DNA of 64,000 bases, from contig NC_043019.1 of assembly GCF_006345805.1 (NCBI RefSeq), positions 31,061,360-31,125,359 of the forward strand. Direction: 5' to 3'. The translations under genes were made by a program, and so were the position numbers. Shown piece after piece: positions 1 through 12,829 of the stretch (positions within the stretch are counted from its first letter, which is position 1; the number at the start of each line of letters is the position of its first letter). Source of the DNA: Octopus sinensis (taxonomy: Eukaryota). The notes under the pieces were generated by a model that saw nothing but the letters and a program-made list of their open reading frames with translations, did no database searches and was not told where the DNA came from.

Positions 1-123
1 TAGAAACACTGCCAGATCTGACTGGGCCTGACGAAGCCTTCCAGCTTCACAGACCCCAGTTGACCTGTCCAACCCATGCTAGCATGGAAAGCGGACGCTA
101 AATGATGATGATGATGATGATGA
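1..123 (+). mobile_element. 3' tail of RTE-type LINE family (family C), cut by window edge
   Basis: ...ccaacccatgctagcatggaaagcggacgctaaa followed by (TGA)n tail; same tail recurs many times in the window. Confidence 0.75.
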
Positions 124-145
124 TATATATATATATATATATATG

Positions 146-558
146 TAAGAGGCCTGCTTCTCAACCACATGGTTCCAGGTTCAGTCCCACCTGGGTAAAT
201 GTCTTCAGCTTTAGCCTCAGGCTGATCAAAACCTTGAGAGTGGATTTGGTAGACAGAAACTAAAAGAAGATCATCACACACACAGACACACGCACACACA
301 TATATCTGCGTATGTATGTATGTATGTATGTATGTATGTATGTATGTATGTATGAATGTATGTGGGCATCTGTGTTCGTACCTCCACCACCGCTTGACAA
401 CCAATGTCGGTGTGATTACATCTGCGTAACTTAGCAGTTTGGCAAAAGAGACTGATAGAATAAGTACTAGGCTTACAAAAGTATTAGTCTTGAGGTTGAT
501 TTGTTCGACTAAAGGTGAATGACTGAAACAACTAAAGAATAAAACTAAAAGAATAAAA
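146..558 (+). mobile_element. tRNA-derived SINE, family A
   Basis: Head aaccacatggttccaggttcagtcccac, internal microsatellite, 3' end gactgaaacaactaaagaataaaa; matches other family A copies. Confidence 0.75.
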
Positions 559-575
559 TGACACACATACACATA

Positions 576-891
<316 letters not shown>

Positions 892-1013
892 CACCTAGCA
901 GAGTGGTGGAGTGGTGTCATTCAAAACCTAAAGCAACGTGAATCACATTGTAACCAGCAATGTATAACACCATTCAAAAGTCTGGGTGAAACCCTGATAC
1001 CATGATATATATA

Positions 1014-1075
<62 letters not shown>

Positions 1076-1103
1076 ATATATATATATATATATATGTATA
1101 CTC

Positions 1104-1325
1104 AGGTGCAGGCGTGACTGTGTGGTAAGGATCTTGCTTTCCAACCACATGGTTCTGGGTTCAATCCCACTGCATGGCACCTTGGGCAAGTGTCTTTTTC
1201 TATAGCCTCAAGCTAAACAAAACCTTGTGATTGGATTTGGTAGATGGAAACTGAAAGAACCCCATCATATGTGTGCATGTGTGTGTGTTGTGTCTTTGTG
1301 TCTATGTTTGTCCCCAATCACCAAA
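1104..1325 (+). mobile_element. SINE family A, 5' half
   Basis: aggtgcaggcgtgactgtgtggtaag...ggttcaatcccactgcatggcaccttgggcaagtgtc; A/B-box-like motifs. Confidence 0.8.
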
Positions 1326-1344
1326 TAAAAATATATATATATTC

Positions 1345-1512
1345 AATGGGCTTCTTTCAATTTCTTTCTACTAAATCCACTCATAAGGAATTGGTTAGAC
1401 CAGAGCTATAGGAACTATAGTAGAAGACACTTGGCTAAGACAGCACCCAATGAAACTGAACCTGAAACCATCTGATTGAGAAACAAACTTGTTGCCACAC
1501 AGCCATGCTGGT
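1345..1512 (-). mobile_element. SINE family A, 5' half, inverted relative to the previous copy
   Basis: Reverse complement reads gcatggctgtgtggcaacaag...aagtgtcttctactatag...gagtggatttagtag. Confidence 0.7.
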
Positions 1513-2157
1513 GTAAATAAATAAATTATTTAATAAATAAATGAATGTTTAGATTTTAACGATGAATTAATAAATGCTGACTTTTGCTTTCATCTTTCCA
1601 AGGCCAACAAATTCAATATGATTTTGTGAAATGAAAGAAATACGGTGAGTGCTGCCGGTTCAATACAATCACCTATACCATAAGTCGCATTGCTGTAGCA
1701 TGGCCACAGAAACTTAGGAAACAAGGACAGATGATTTAATTGTTTCCTTTGTGCTCTATTATAATTAAAGTTCTAAATATTTTTCAAGCAATCAGTATAA
1801 TAATTTTTAAAAAGCATTCGTGTTGAAATAAACCAACAGCACTGCACCAGCGCCATTTAAAATTCATTACTGGGGAGTTGTAGAGTATTTCTTCTGATTG
1901 TGTTCCGGGTCAGTTGAAGTGTATCGTAGCATGAATTCTTGTTTTTAATTTTTTTCATAACTTAATTTAAGTCTGTTATTGTTTACTTCTTATTCTTCTT
2001 CTTCTTGCTGCTTTGATAAATGTTGGTACTTAATAGCATTTGAATAGAGTCAGCAAAGCAGTTATTTGAAAACAAAATTTGAAATATAAAATTCCTTCAT
2101 GTTAATCTTTGTGGAAGTAATTACGGTATAGATTTGTCCAGTATCAAAACATGAGCT

Positions 2158-2174
2158 ATTATTATTGTGATTGC

Positions 2175-2234
<60 letters not shown>

Positions 2235-2248
2235 TATTATTATTATTA

Positions 2249-2297
<49 letters not shown>

Positions 2298-2550
2298 TAG
2301 TTTTATTTTTACAGCGTGCTTTCACTTCACTACCGAGCGCAGCTCTGTGTGCCTTGGGTATGTGCTGTGGTTTGTTGTGGTGTTCTTATTTTCACTGTAT
2401 TGAAAATGTTTTGCGTAGGATTTGTGCAGTGCCCAGTAGTGCAATTTTTTGTATGTTATATATATTTGTAAGTCCTGGTGTTTTTGTTATGTATTTATCT
2501 GAATATTTTTTATCATACCTAATGCGCCTACTATGATAGGAATTGTTTTT
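2158..2550 (-). mobile_element. 5'-truncated R4/Dong-clade LINE 3' end with (TAA)n tail
   Basis: Minus strand encodes IPIIVGAL..IKKYSDKYITKTPGLTNIYNIQKIALLGTAQILRKTFSIQ* (typical R4 endonuclease C-terminus), then a ~100-nt 3'UTR and (TAA)n at 2158-2295. Confidence 0.8.
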
Positions 2551-2581
2551 GTTTTTAGATTCCACATTTGAGTTACCGCTA

Positions 2582-2633
<52 letters not shown>

Positions 2634-2635
<2 letters not shown>

Positions 2636-2963
2636 GAAAGATAAAAATATAGTATAACTATATCCCAGAAGGATTCACTGACATTGAGGATTGCAAAATC
2701 CTGTGGGATGCAATGACTCGAGGTGACCATCAGATTAGACGTTGGAAACCTGACATTGTTGTGGTGAAAAAAATAGAGAAACATGTATGATAATCACTAT
2801 AGCATTCCCTGGTGGCAACAAGATTAAAGAGAAAGAAGGAAAATTGAACAACCATGATGTATTGAAGTGAAAAATATGTAGGTTGTGGGCGATGAAGAAA
2901 GTGGATGGGATACCAATAGTGATTGGCATGCTTGGAAGTATCAGCACCCAACTACCAACATGG
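2634..2963 (+). mobile_element. R4/Dong endonuclease fragment; near-identical copy of 3668-3997
   Basis: 330-bp match to 3668-3997; encodes CKILWD..RGDHQIRRWKPDIVVVKK. Confidence 0.75.
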
Positions 2964-2989
2964 CTCAAAAAAAGTTTAGTATTAGTATT

Positions 2990-3185
2990 AGGGCTGAGTC
3001 ATTAGCATGTCAGGCGAAATGCTTAGTGGTATTTCATCTGTCTTCATATTCTGAGTTCAAATGCCACTGGGGTTGATTTTGCCTTTCATCTTTTCAGGGT
3101 CAATAAATTAAGTACCAGTTGAGTACTGGAGTTGATGTAATTGCCTTAACCCCTCCCCCCAAATTTTAGGCCTTCTTTTGCCCTC
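2990..3185 (+). mobile_element. tRNA-derived SINE, family B (decayed)
   Basis: ttagcatgtcaggcgaaatgcttag...ctgagttcaaat...tttgcctttcatc...aaattaagtaccagtt. Confidence 0.7.
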
Positions 3186-3296
3186 AGCAGAAAGGATTAT
3201 TATTATTATTATTGTTGTTGTTTTTGTTGTCGGCGGCGGCGTCATCATCATCCTCATCATCCTCATCATCATCATCATCATCGTCATCGTCATCAT

Positions 3297-3440
3297 AAAG
3301 GCGGTGGTCTGGCAGAATCATTAGCTGACCGGTCAAAAATGCTTGGCAGCATTTCTTCTGGATCTTTATGTTTCTGAGTTCAAATTTTGTGGTCGACTTC
3401 GTCTTTTATCATTCTGGGATCAATAAATTTAGTATTAGTT
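3297..3440 (+). mobile_element. SINE family B (partial)
   Basis: aaaggcggtggtctggcagaatcattagc...ctgagttcaaatt. Confidence 0.7.
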
Positions 3441-3481
3441 GAGCATAGATGCCTATAGCAGAAACAATAATAATAATAATG

Positions 3482-3564
<83 letters not shown>

Positions 3565-3604
3565 AATATTAACAACAACAACAACAACAACAATAATAAT
3601 AATA

Positions 3605-4175
3605 CAAAAAAACGACATGAGAATGTGGTAAGAATGATCCATTGGGAGCTCTGTGGAAATTATGGCCTAGAAAGATAAAAATATAGTATAACTATATCCC
3701 AGAAGGATTCACTGACATTGAGGATTGCAAAATCCTGTGGGATACAATGACTCGAGGTGACCATCAGATTAGACGTTGGAAACCTGACATTGTTGTGGTG
3801 AAAAAAATAGAGAAACATGCATGATAATCACTATGGCATTCCCTGGTGACAACAAGATCAAAGAGAAAGAAGGAAAATTGAACAAGTATGATGTATTGAA
3901 GTGAAAAATATGTAGGTTGTGGGCGATGAAGAAAGCGGATGGGATACCAATAGAGATTGGCACGCTTGGAAGTATCAGCACTCAACTACCAACATGGTAC
4001 AGAATTAAAGATAGAACACCTACAGAAATTATTGTTTCTTGGAACTGCATGAGTTCTCCATGGGGTTCTTGAAGCATGATCACTAAACAAGTGTGTCGTC
4101 TTTGTTTCCTGGCTGTGGGCAGCTGACACTTTCCATCATACCCAGCAAATTAAACTGAGAGTTTTCATTGAATAA
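3605..4175 (+). mobile_element. Decayed R4/Dong-clade LINE, restriction-like endonuclease and 3' end
   Basis: KKRHENVVRMIHWELCGNYGLER, then frameshifted ILWD..RRWKPDIVVVKK and LGTA; starts directly after an (AAT/AAC)n tract. Confidence 0.8.
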
Positions 4176-4304
4176 TTCCTAGACTGGGTTCTTGAGCAAA
4201 ACACTTCATCTCGTGTTGCTCTGTGATCGCTTCAACACCTGATGCATGGTACACAGTCCTGAGTTCTAGCAATTGCGAGCGCAACACCCTAACCACTAAG
4301 CCAT

Positions 4305-4515
4305 TGGCGGGCTGGCAGAATCGTTAGCATGCCGGGCAAAATGCTTAGCAGCATTTTGTCCGTTTTTACATTCTGAGTTCAAACTCCACCGAGGTCGATT
4401 TTGCCTGTCATCCTTTCAAGGTCTATAAATTAAGTACCAGTGAAACACTGGGATCAATGTAATTGACTAGTTCCCTCCCCCGAAATTTCAGGAGTTGTGC
4501 CTTTAATATAAAGGA
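4305..4515 (+). mobile_element. SINE family B
   Basis: ggcgggctggcagaatcgttagcatgccgggcaaaatgcttagc...gagttcaaactccaccgaggtcga. Confidence 0.75.
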
Positions 4516-4533
4516 TTGTTATTATTATTATTA

Positions 4534-4587
<54 letters not shown>

Positions 4588-5039
4588 CATTATTAATATA
4601 ATTATTATTAATATTAAAAAATTTTGAAGTTCAAATCATATTGTTGTAGTTGGTGTCAGCCCTGGTTATCTGACAGGTATTTTATGAAAAGGCACTCCAG
4701 TATCAACCATCATGGTAAATGCCATCTTAAGGTAGGTGCTATTGGTATTACAGCTCCAGGGCTCACAAGGTTCCATTTTCAGGTCCCAATAGCTGCTGAC
4801 ACTGACAAGGTTCCAATTTTAGGTCCTAATAGCTGCTGACACTGACAGTTTGAAAGAGATCCACAATTGAATACTGAGACCACATCTGTGACAATGGGTT
4901 TACAATATCTGCAAACATCTAAGGCTGCATCCAAAGGAAAGCCATCTAAGGTGGCATCCAAAAGGAATAGTTACCTCCACATTCTGTCGTTTTAGCTGCT
5001 ATTTCTTGTGAGTCAAATAACTTTGTTTGGATGAGGACA

Positions 5040-5400
5040 GAACTGAAACACTGAGAATCAAAACTTCTTTATCTATTGATAGATTACATTGAACCAACAG
5101 CACTCAGCCCAGATACAGTAATCTCCAATTCCATGAAACAAGTAGTCATTTGAGAATTGGGAGGAATGCATGGAGGAGACCCACATGAGGAGGCTTGCCA
5201 AATACCAGGAATGGTAGAGCAGTGCAGAAATATCCGAGCTGGCAGGGGCATTGTGAGGCACTTGAAGTTGGCTGTGGATGTTTTGTGGGGCATTCATTCT
5301 GCAAAGTTTTGACTGGGCTTGATGTTACTATAATAACAAAGATGAGGGCTATAAGCATTGAAATTAGGTAACTTTGGACAGTGAGTGGAGACCATTGGCT
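5040..5400 (+). mobile_element. Decayed HERO/NeSL-like LINE restriction-like endonuclease fragment
   Basis: Frameshifted translation TALSPDTV..SMKQVVI.EL..WEE.MEETHMRRLAKYQE..EQC...CEALEVGC resembles the recalled RPD..KQV..ELTVPWEE..EEAHERK.AKY..EVGCRGF pattern. Confidence 0.55.
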
Positions 5401-6807
5401 GGTTGTTGCTGGAATGGAAGCTGGGAATTGACCAATCCCTGTTGGCTCAGCTGCATGATAATGTTTGATGTTGAAAGGCATGAAACTTCCTCAGACCCCA
5501 GAAACTGAGGAAGCATCCTCGAACATCCACAAGATGTGTCTTAAAACTAAACTTGATTTTAATGATTAAAAACTGAATTATTGAAACACTTCAATTTTGT
5601 TTATTTCAAAGACTTTTCTCCAGCACAATATTTGTCATCAGAGCAATAATCAGTCTTCTACTTTTTTGTTTGTTTGTTTGTTTGTTTGTTTGTTTGTTTC
5701 AATGCAATCCTAACCAATTAGAAGACAGTAGTAATCTGCTGTCAATTGTACAATGATTATATCTATCACTGTGTAATCAGAAATCAGCGAATCACCATAG
5801 TTCGGTTAAAGTTTAAAACTTTATAGTTCTTTTGTAAGATTCCAGTTCAGGCATTGTGATTAAAAGCAACCGGTTCTATACCGATAATGCCCTATTCAAT
5901 CACAGACGCTGGCTTCTTCATATTAAACGACAAGTGGGCATACACGCTCGACAAACACAAAAGATCAAATTGACGGCTTTGTATTTCATATCAATGAATA
6001 AACATGAAGCGTTCATTTACAGTCATTGTAATGAGCAATTTCTGAAACCCACGTATTGAAAACACAGCAGCGTTCATCATTATAACGACGCTCTTGATTT
6101 TTCTTCTTTGAGACAAAATTAATTATGGATGAAGCTAGAATGGACTACTTAAAAGAATTTCCAATCTCCTTAGTTGACACCAAACTACTCTATAAGTATT
6201 TCATAGAATTCTGCTTGTGACAGCAACGTAATTAAAATCCAAGATCATTTCCTTATTTCCTCTTCTTTTCATTTCATTTCATTTCATTTCATTTCATTTT
6301 TCACTTTGGATTGTTTTTTATATTTATTTTTATTTTTATTTTTACCTATCTACCTGATTTTTTTTTTTTTTTTTGAAATAAGGACCGTATTTCATTACAG
6401 CATAAGAAAAAAAAATCAAAAACAAATCAATAAATGGACAGAAATAAAATGAAAGAAAATGTAAAATGACATACACCTGAACTGTCATCCAGTTTTAGAA
6501 TTTCTACTGATTTCTTTGATAGCTTCTAATAGTACATCTTTTTTTATGGCACATGTAAGCTGCTTTATCCAAAAGTAGTCGAATGCACACTAACATAGAT
6601 TCCTATATAATTTTATATCATGACAGAGGAATAATAGAAAAAAAAACATAAGATCCAAAAACCCTTTGTTAGAGAAATGGACCAATTAATGTTTTGTAAA
6701 ACTTGATGGCTATTTCAAAGTTTTCTGTTGGATTGGCTGTCTTTTACAAGAAAAATAATACCAATAATAAGAATGATGCTGAGAATTGTATTTTCTTCAG
6801 ATGAATT

Positions 6808-7213
6808 ACTCTTTTACTCTTTTACTTGTTTCAGTCATTTGACTGCGGCCATGCTGGGGCACGGCCTTTAGTCAAGCAAATCGATCCCAGGACTTATTGT
6901 ATGTAAGCCTAGTACTTATTCTGTCAGTGTCTTTTGCTGAACCATTAAGTTATGGAGATATAGACACACCAGCATCAGTTGTCAAGCAATGTTGTGGGAA
7001 CAAACACAGACACACAAACATACACACACACATATATACATATATATACAACAGCCTTCTTTCAGTTTCCATTTACCAAATCCACGCACAAATCTTATGT
7101 CGGCCCAAGGCTATAAAAGAAGACACTTGCCTAAGGTGCCACACAGTGGGACTGAACCCGGAACCATGTGGTTGGTAAGCAAGCTACTTACCACACACCC
7201 ACTCCTGCACCTA
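6808..7213 (-). mobile_element. SINE family A, full length
   Basis: From the (tactctt)n tail at 6808 to the head cacacccactcctgcacct at 7213. Confidence 0.85.
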
Positions 7214-7544
7214 TATTTATTTTTATTCTTTTTTCTTTGTATTTATTTTTTGTTTCTTCCTTTACTGGTTTCTGTCCTTAGACTGCATTCAAGACAGGAC
7301 ACAACTTCCAAAAGTTTTCAGCATTGACCCCCCCACAATTTAAGTTAGTCTTGTTTATTATTTTATCACTCTCTATTTATTCAATTGCTAAGTTATAGTT
7401 TTGAAACAAAGGGATGCAAATTGCTGCCAGTTTCCACCAGTAAACATTGACATGGAAATAGGCAAATACCCCTCAAATCACAAAGCATCATTTTAATCTA
7501 AGGGGTACAAGAATTTTCACACAAACATATACACAAGATGGACT

Positions 7545-7690
7545 TTTAATTTCTGCCTACCAAACTTATCCTCTAGCATTTGGTCAGCCTGAGATTATAG
7601 TAGTAGACACTTGCACAAAGAGCTGCATGGTAGGAGTGAACCAGAAACCATGTGGTTGGGAAGCAAACCATTTACCCACACAGCTATGCC
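7545..7690 (-). mobile_element. SINE family A, 5' fragment
   Basis: gtagtagacacttgcacaaag...gaaccagaaaccatgtggttggg. Confidence 0.65.
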
Positions 7691-7899
7691 ATTTCAGTTT
7701 TTTTAATGGAGGCTATCCATATTTATAAACTGAAATCATTGATTAATAACAGTTGAGAATTTCATAAGACAAATTGTTTATGATAACAATACTGTTTTGT
7801 GCATGTTCCAACTCCCTCCAACACATCAGGAGAAAATAAACCAGCTTAAGAAAATGTTCCATTTTCTCCTGATAAAGGACTATTAACCCAAAATATCAA

Positions 7900-7938
<39 letters not shown>

Positions 7939-7944
7939 AGTTTG

Positions 7945-8188
7945 TAAGCATGTGGCTTGGTGGTTAGGGTGTCAGAATCATGATCGTAAGATTGTGGTTT
8001 CAATTCCTGGATCAGGTAACGCGTTATGTTCTTCAGCAAAACACTTCATTTCACGTTGCTCCAGTCAACTCAACTGGCAAAAATGAGTAACGCTGCGATG
8101 GACTGGCATCCCATCCAGCTGGGGAACACATACGCCACTGAAACTGGGAAACTGGGCCCATGAGCCCGGCTAGGCTTTAAAAGGGTGC

Positions 8189-8198
<10 letters not shown>
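7945..8198 (+). mobile_element. tRNA-derived SINE, family D
   Basis: gtggcttggtggttagggtg...gtttcaattcctgg (A/B boxes)...gatggactggcatcccatccagctgggg...ctttaaaagggtgcatttattt. Confidence 0.8.
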
Positions 8199-8246
<48 letters not shown>

Positions 8247-8309
8247 ATATATTGTAACTAAAATGAAGTGCAGCATTTCTTGGAATGGTGATTCTTTACT
8301 ACTTTAGGG

Positions 8310-8497
8310 ACAAAGCCCAAAATTTTGGGGTATGGAACCAGTAATTAGATCGACCCCAGTATGCAACTGGTACTTAATTTATCGACCCCTGAAAGGATGC
8401 TAGTAAAGTCGACCTCGGTGGAATGTGAACTCAGAACATAAAGACAGACGAAATATCACTAAGCATTTCACCCAGCATGCTAAGATTTCTGCCAGCT
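8310..8497 (-). mobile_element. SINE family B
   Basis: Reverse complement of aaggatggcgagctggcagaaa...gagttcacattccaccgaggtcgact. Confidence 0.75.
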
Positions 8498-8551
8498 CGC
8501 CATCCTTAATAATCCCAAATACATTGCAATAACATTAAATTAAAATATTTA

Positions 8552-8961
8552 TACTCTCTTTTACTTGTTTCAGTCATTTGACTGTGGCCATGGTGGAGCA
8601 CCGCCTTTAGTCAAGCAAACTGACCCCAGGACTTATTCTTTGTAAGCTTAGTACTTATTCTATTGATGTCTTTTGCCGAACCACTAAGTTATGGGGATGT
8701 AGACACACCAGCATCGGCTGTCAAGCGATGTTGGGAGGACAAACACAGACACACAAATATATACACAGACATACATATATATATGTCTATATATATATAC
8801 GATGGATTTCTTTCAGTTTCTGTCTACCAAATCTACTCACAAGGTTTTGGTCGGCCTGAGGCTATAGTAGAAGACACTTGCCCAAGGTGCCACACAGTGG
8901 GACAGTCCCAGAATCATGTGGTTGGTAAGCAGCTACTTACCACACAGCCACTCCTGCGCCT
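8552..8961 (-). mobile_element. SINE family A, full length
   Basis: Tail tactctcttttacttgtttcagtc to head cagccactcctgcgcct. Confidence 0.85.
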
Positions 8962-9219
8962 ATATACAGTACGTCCTTGGATGGGATACAGAATTTTCCT
9001 TTCCTGAAGTGTATATGCATTTTTTTGGGTGGACTCTGTATATACATACATTTTTCCTTCTAATATTCTTCCTTTTAGTTGAGTAATCTTGTTCTTATCT
9101 CATCAATTTTTCCCTTCGTTTCACTCTTGCCATACCTGTTTCTCCTCTTCATTTCATTTTTCTCTCCTTTAACCTCTCTCTTTCAAATTTTTTCCTAATA
9201 ATCCCTGTCTATTTAAGGC

Positions 9220-9430
9220 AATGAGCTGGCAGAATCGTTAGCATGCTGGGAAAAATGCTCACCAGCATTTTGTTTGTCTCTCTGCTCTGAGTTCAAATTC
9301 CACCGAGGTTAACTCCACATTTCATCCTTTCAAAAGCGATTAAATAAATACCAGTTGAACACTGGGGTTAATGTAATCAGCCAAGCCCCTCCCTAAAATT
9401 GCTGGCCTTGCACCAAAATTCGAAACCAAT
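9220..9430 (+). mobile_element. SINE family B
   Basis: aaggcaatgagctggcagaatcgttagc...ctgagttcaaattccaccgagg. Confidence 0.75.
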
Positions 9431-9738
9431 AATTCCTGCCTATGTATGAAGCTCACATTGCCTGGTGTTCCTCATCAGTTGCAGCCTGTCTTTCAAACAG
9501 AGGTGATGAAAAAATTCTGCCACCTTCCTTTAATTTCTCTCCTGTCAACTTTTCCCCTGTAAAAGGACTCTGCCCAAATCGTTGGATTTTCTACTCTCAG
9601 TAGAAAATTCACTGTACACTTTCTGAATAAATAATATTTTCAAATATTTGGTAAAAAAAAATATAAATAGATTTCTTATATCATTGAACACACACACACA
9701 TTCACACTCATATATACACACACACATATATATGTATG

Positions 9739-9778
<40 letters not shown>

Positions 9779-10444
9779 TATATATATATATGTATATATA
9801 TATACATATACATTCAAACACATACATACATTCAAACATAAATACATACATACATACATACATACATACACACATATACACACATGCACACACACCCATA
9901 CATACACACATGCATCCATATTTTTATTGTTGGTTCAATGATTTAGCCAAGTCTATTGATACAAATTCTAATTTTGTTTGTGTGTTACCTAAACATTTTA
10001 AAGTTTATTTTGTTTGAAGTTCTATAAAAGTTACAAAAAGACATAAATATATAAAAGATATTTCCCAAACAAAAAATAAACAAAAGAACCAAGAAAATAT
10101 TCTATTTTTTCTTTTTCTCTTGCCTGTCAAAATATTAAAAATGTGCAAAAAAAAAAAATACAAGCAAATAATATATACCATTATTTTTAATCACTTTATT
10201 CTTACATGTATTGTTCAACAACCAGAAGTTTTTTCACACGAGTCAACTAATATTAAGCCATCATTTTATATATATAAATATAAATACATATGTGTGTGTG
10301 TATGTATATGCCACCATGGAAAGCGATTGTTAAAAAATGATGATGATGATGATGATGATATATAGTTCAAATTTATAGAAAAACAAAAAGATAAAGGCAG
10401 GTGTGTGAACAACAAGCAATTTTATTAGTTTGACGCTCAGGAAA

Positions 10445-10485
10445 AGTCTTTTATGTTTCGAGCCTAAGCTCTTCAACAGGAAGGA
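10445..10485 (-). ncRNA. Degenerate hammerhead-like motif in a short element
   Basis: Minus strand CUGUUGA-A-GAGC-uuag-GCUC-GAAAC; perfect stem II, but core A6 is mutated and stem I is not supported. Confidence 0.35.
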
Positions 10486-10640
10486 ATAAGAGAAAATAAA
10501 CAGAGAGAGAGAATGAAAAAAAAAATTGTAGATTTCAGTGGTCCAGCATATATATATATATATGACACATATACATATGCATATATATTATATATATACA
10601 CGTATAGATATATATACATAGATATATGTATGTGTGTGTG

Positions 10641-10686
<46 letters not shown>

Positions 10687-10890
10687 CACACACACATATA
10701 TACACACACATATATATGTATGTAGGTACATGTGTATGCATGTGTGCTCTTAATAAAAAAAATGTGTTTACTACTATAGCCTTTGGCTAAGCAAAGCCTT
10801 TCAATGGATTTTGCTCAAATTTGATGTCACTGTCACTTATTTTGGTTTGAAAATAAGCGCTTGATTACTTAAGAATCCTAACTTAATCTT

Positions 10891-10916
10891 GGGCAACGCC
10901 GGGCTATACTGCTAGT
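10891..10916 (+). mobile_element. Helitron-like 3' terminus
   Basis: gggcaacgccggg small hairpin followed ~10 nt later by CTAG|T. Confidence 0.5.
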
Positions 10917-12259
10917 AAACTATAAAATAAACCTTTATTTTTCAAAATGAAACAAAACCAACAGCAAGATGGAAAATGATGTTTATTCCACTTTATTCAT
11001 ATTTGAAAAGTTTTCTCCTACTTTTTAAAAATTTTATTTCAAAGTCTTCGATGACATTGTTAAAATTAATTTTACATAAAACTTCTGCTTCTATACTTAG
11101 TAGAGACAAGGCATTATGAATATTACTTTAGCAAGTTTAAAGTGATTTCTTTTGTGCCATAAACCATTTTCCTTTCTCTGGTGCCCACCATCCCTTGATT
11201 CCCCAAGCACGTCCTTATTTTGCTTAATGGGTAAATGTAGCACTGACTACATGGTTTGGAAGCAAACTTGTGAGTGGGTTTTGTATAAGACCACTCACAA
11301 GGCTTTGGTTGACCCAGCCTGCTGACACTTTCCACACATGCGCTAAACACACATGGTCTACACGTACTCTCTACATGCACATGTTCTAAACACACATGCT
11401 CTGAAGACACATGCATCATCTTTCAAAAAACATCTTACAAAATGCAAAAATATAAACAAGGGCATTACTGTTATCATTAACACTAAAGCTTGTCCTATCA
11501 GTAATCGGTGAATAAAAGAAGCCATACAAAAGCAATTCAAAAACAAATAAGCACAGCAATTATCAAAGAGTTCAAAGTTTAAAAAAAACACAAACAAAAA
11601 CGTGCTAATGGATTTTATGAAACTAGTTGATTCACTTTTCTCTCACCTTAAAAGACCGTAGAACATAAATTTTAGCGTCAAAATTTCTACACCTTAAAAT
11701 ACATAGTAATTCCATTATTGCACACAAGGAACCAACATGCCACTGAAATGGACACATAATTTATCTCCCCGTTTCATTCATAAATTCTTGAAAAGGGTTT
11801 TTTAAACATAAAATATCTGGACTGATTAAATAATTTTAAGATAACATATTACTAGCTCTGTTATTATTTTTCATATTTAATGTTCTATTTGTATTACTAA
11901 CACCCCTTTAACATACCTCTCATTTGATGTACTCTGCAATGCTTAAAGTAAATACTCCCTTATAAGTTGTTGATGTCCAATAGACAACCTTCCACTTTGT
12001 CTATTCATTAGGGTTTTCAATCTAATATTTACTTGCTGCTATTCATAACTGTATGTGATCTACTGTTCCAAAAAGAATTACTCATATATATATATATACA
12101 TATGACCCTTGGAGGGTAACTTTCTAGATGCAATCCCATGGTCATTCATGACTGAAGGGGGTCTCAATTATAATTATTATTTACAGAAATGTAGAATTGA
12201 CACCGCTTATCAAATCAACGCAGAAAACACACACACACACACACACACATATTTGCATA

Positions 12260-12295
<36 letters not shown>

Positions 12296-12337
12296 TGTAT
12301 GTATGTACACACATATATATATATATATATAATATAT

Positions 12338-12394
<57 letters not shown>

Positions 12395-12829
12395 ATGTAA
12401 ATATATATAAATACACACACACATACACATACACACAATAAGAGTGAGTTAAGCATTAAATGTATCACATGACGAGATGACCAAGCTGGTATGGATTTGT
12501 TATGCAAATATAAATGTTTGGTGAAAAATTAGCATGCCGTGTCAGTAAATGTGTCTTCTCTTGTCATAATTGTGACAAAGGAAGACGCATAAGAAGTGAT
12601 GAGATCAGATCTTAGATTGTAGATTATAATAGACAGAAATAACAAAGGATTATAGTAAGATTCACTGCACACACATTTCCAGTGTTCATAAACATGTAAA
12701 AACAAGTATAGATGTTTGGATAGGATTTGTGTGGTTTTGATAAATACAAGTTTAGCAGGTTTCAGATGGAAGATAATCCAATGTAATGTAATATGGATAT
12801 CAACAAATTTTAACTCTTTCCTTTGACAT

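Noticed and set aside
4765-4846. 40-bp tandem duplication
   Set aside because: An ordinary two-unit local duplication with no further signal.
5595-5645. Minus-strand CUGAUGA followed by uuuGAAAU
   Set aside because: No stem III or cleavage triplet and no stem I.
11130-11225. Possible 96-bp minus-strand exon (ag...gtaata), open in two frames
   Set aside because: The peptide is unrecognisable, the splice signals are modest, and no partner exons could be linked.
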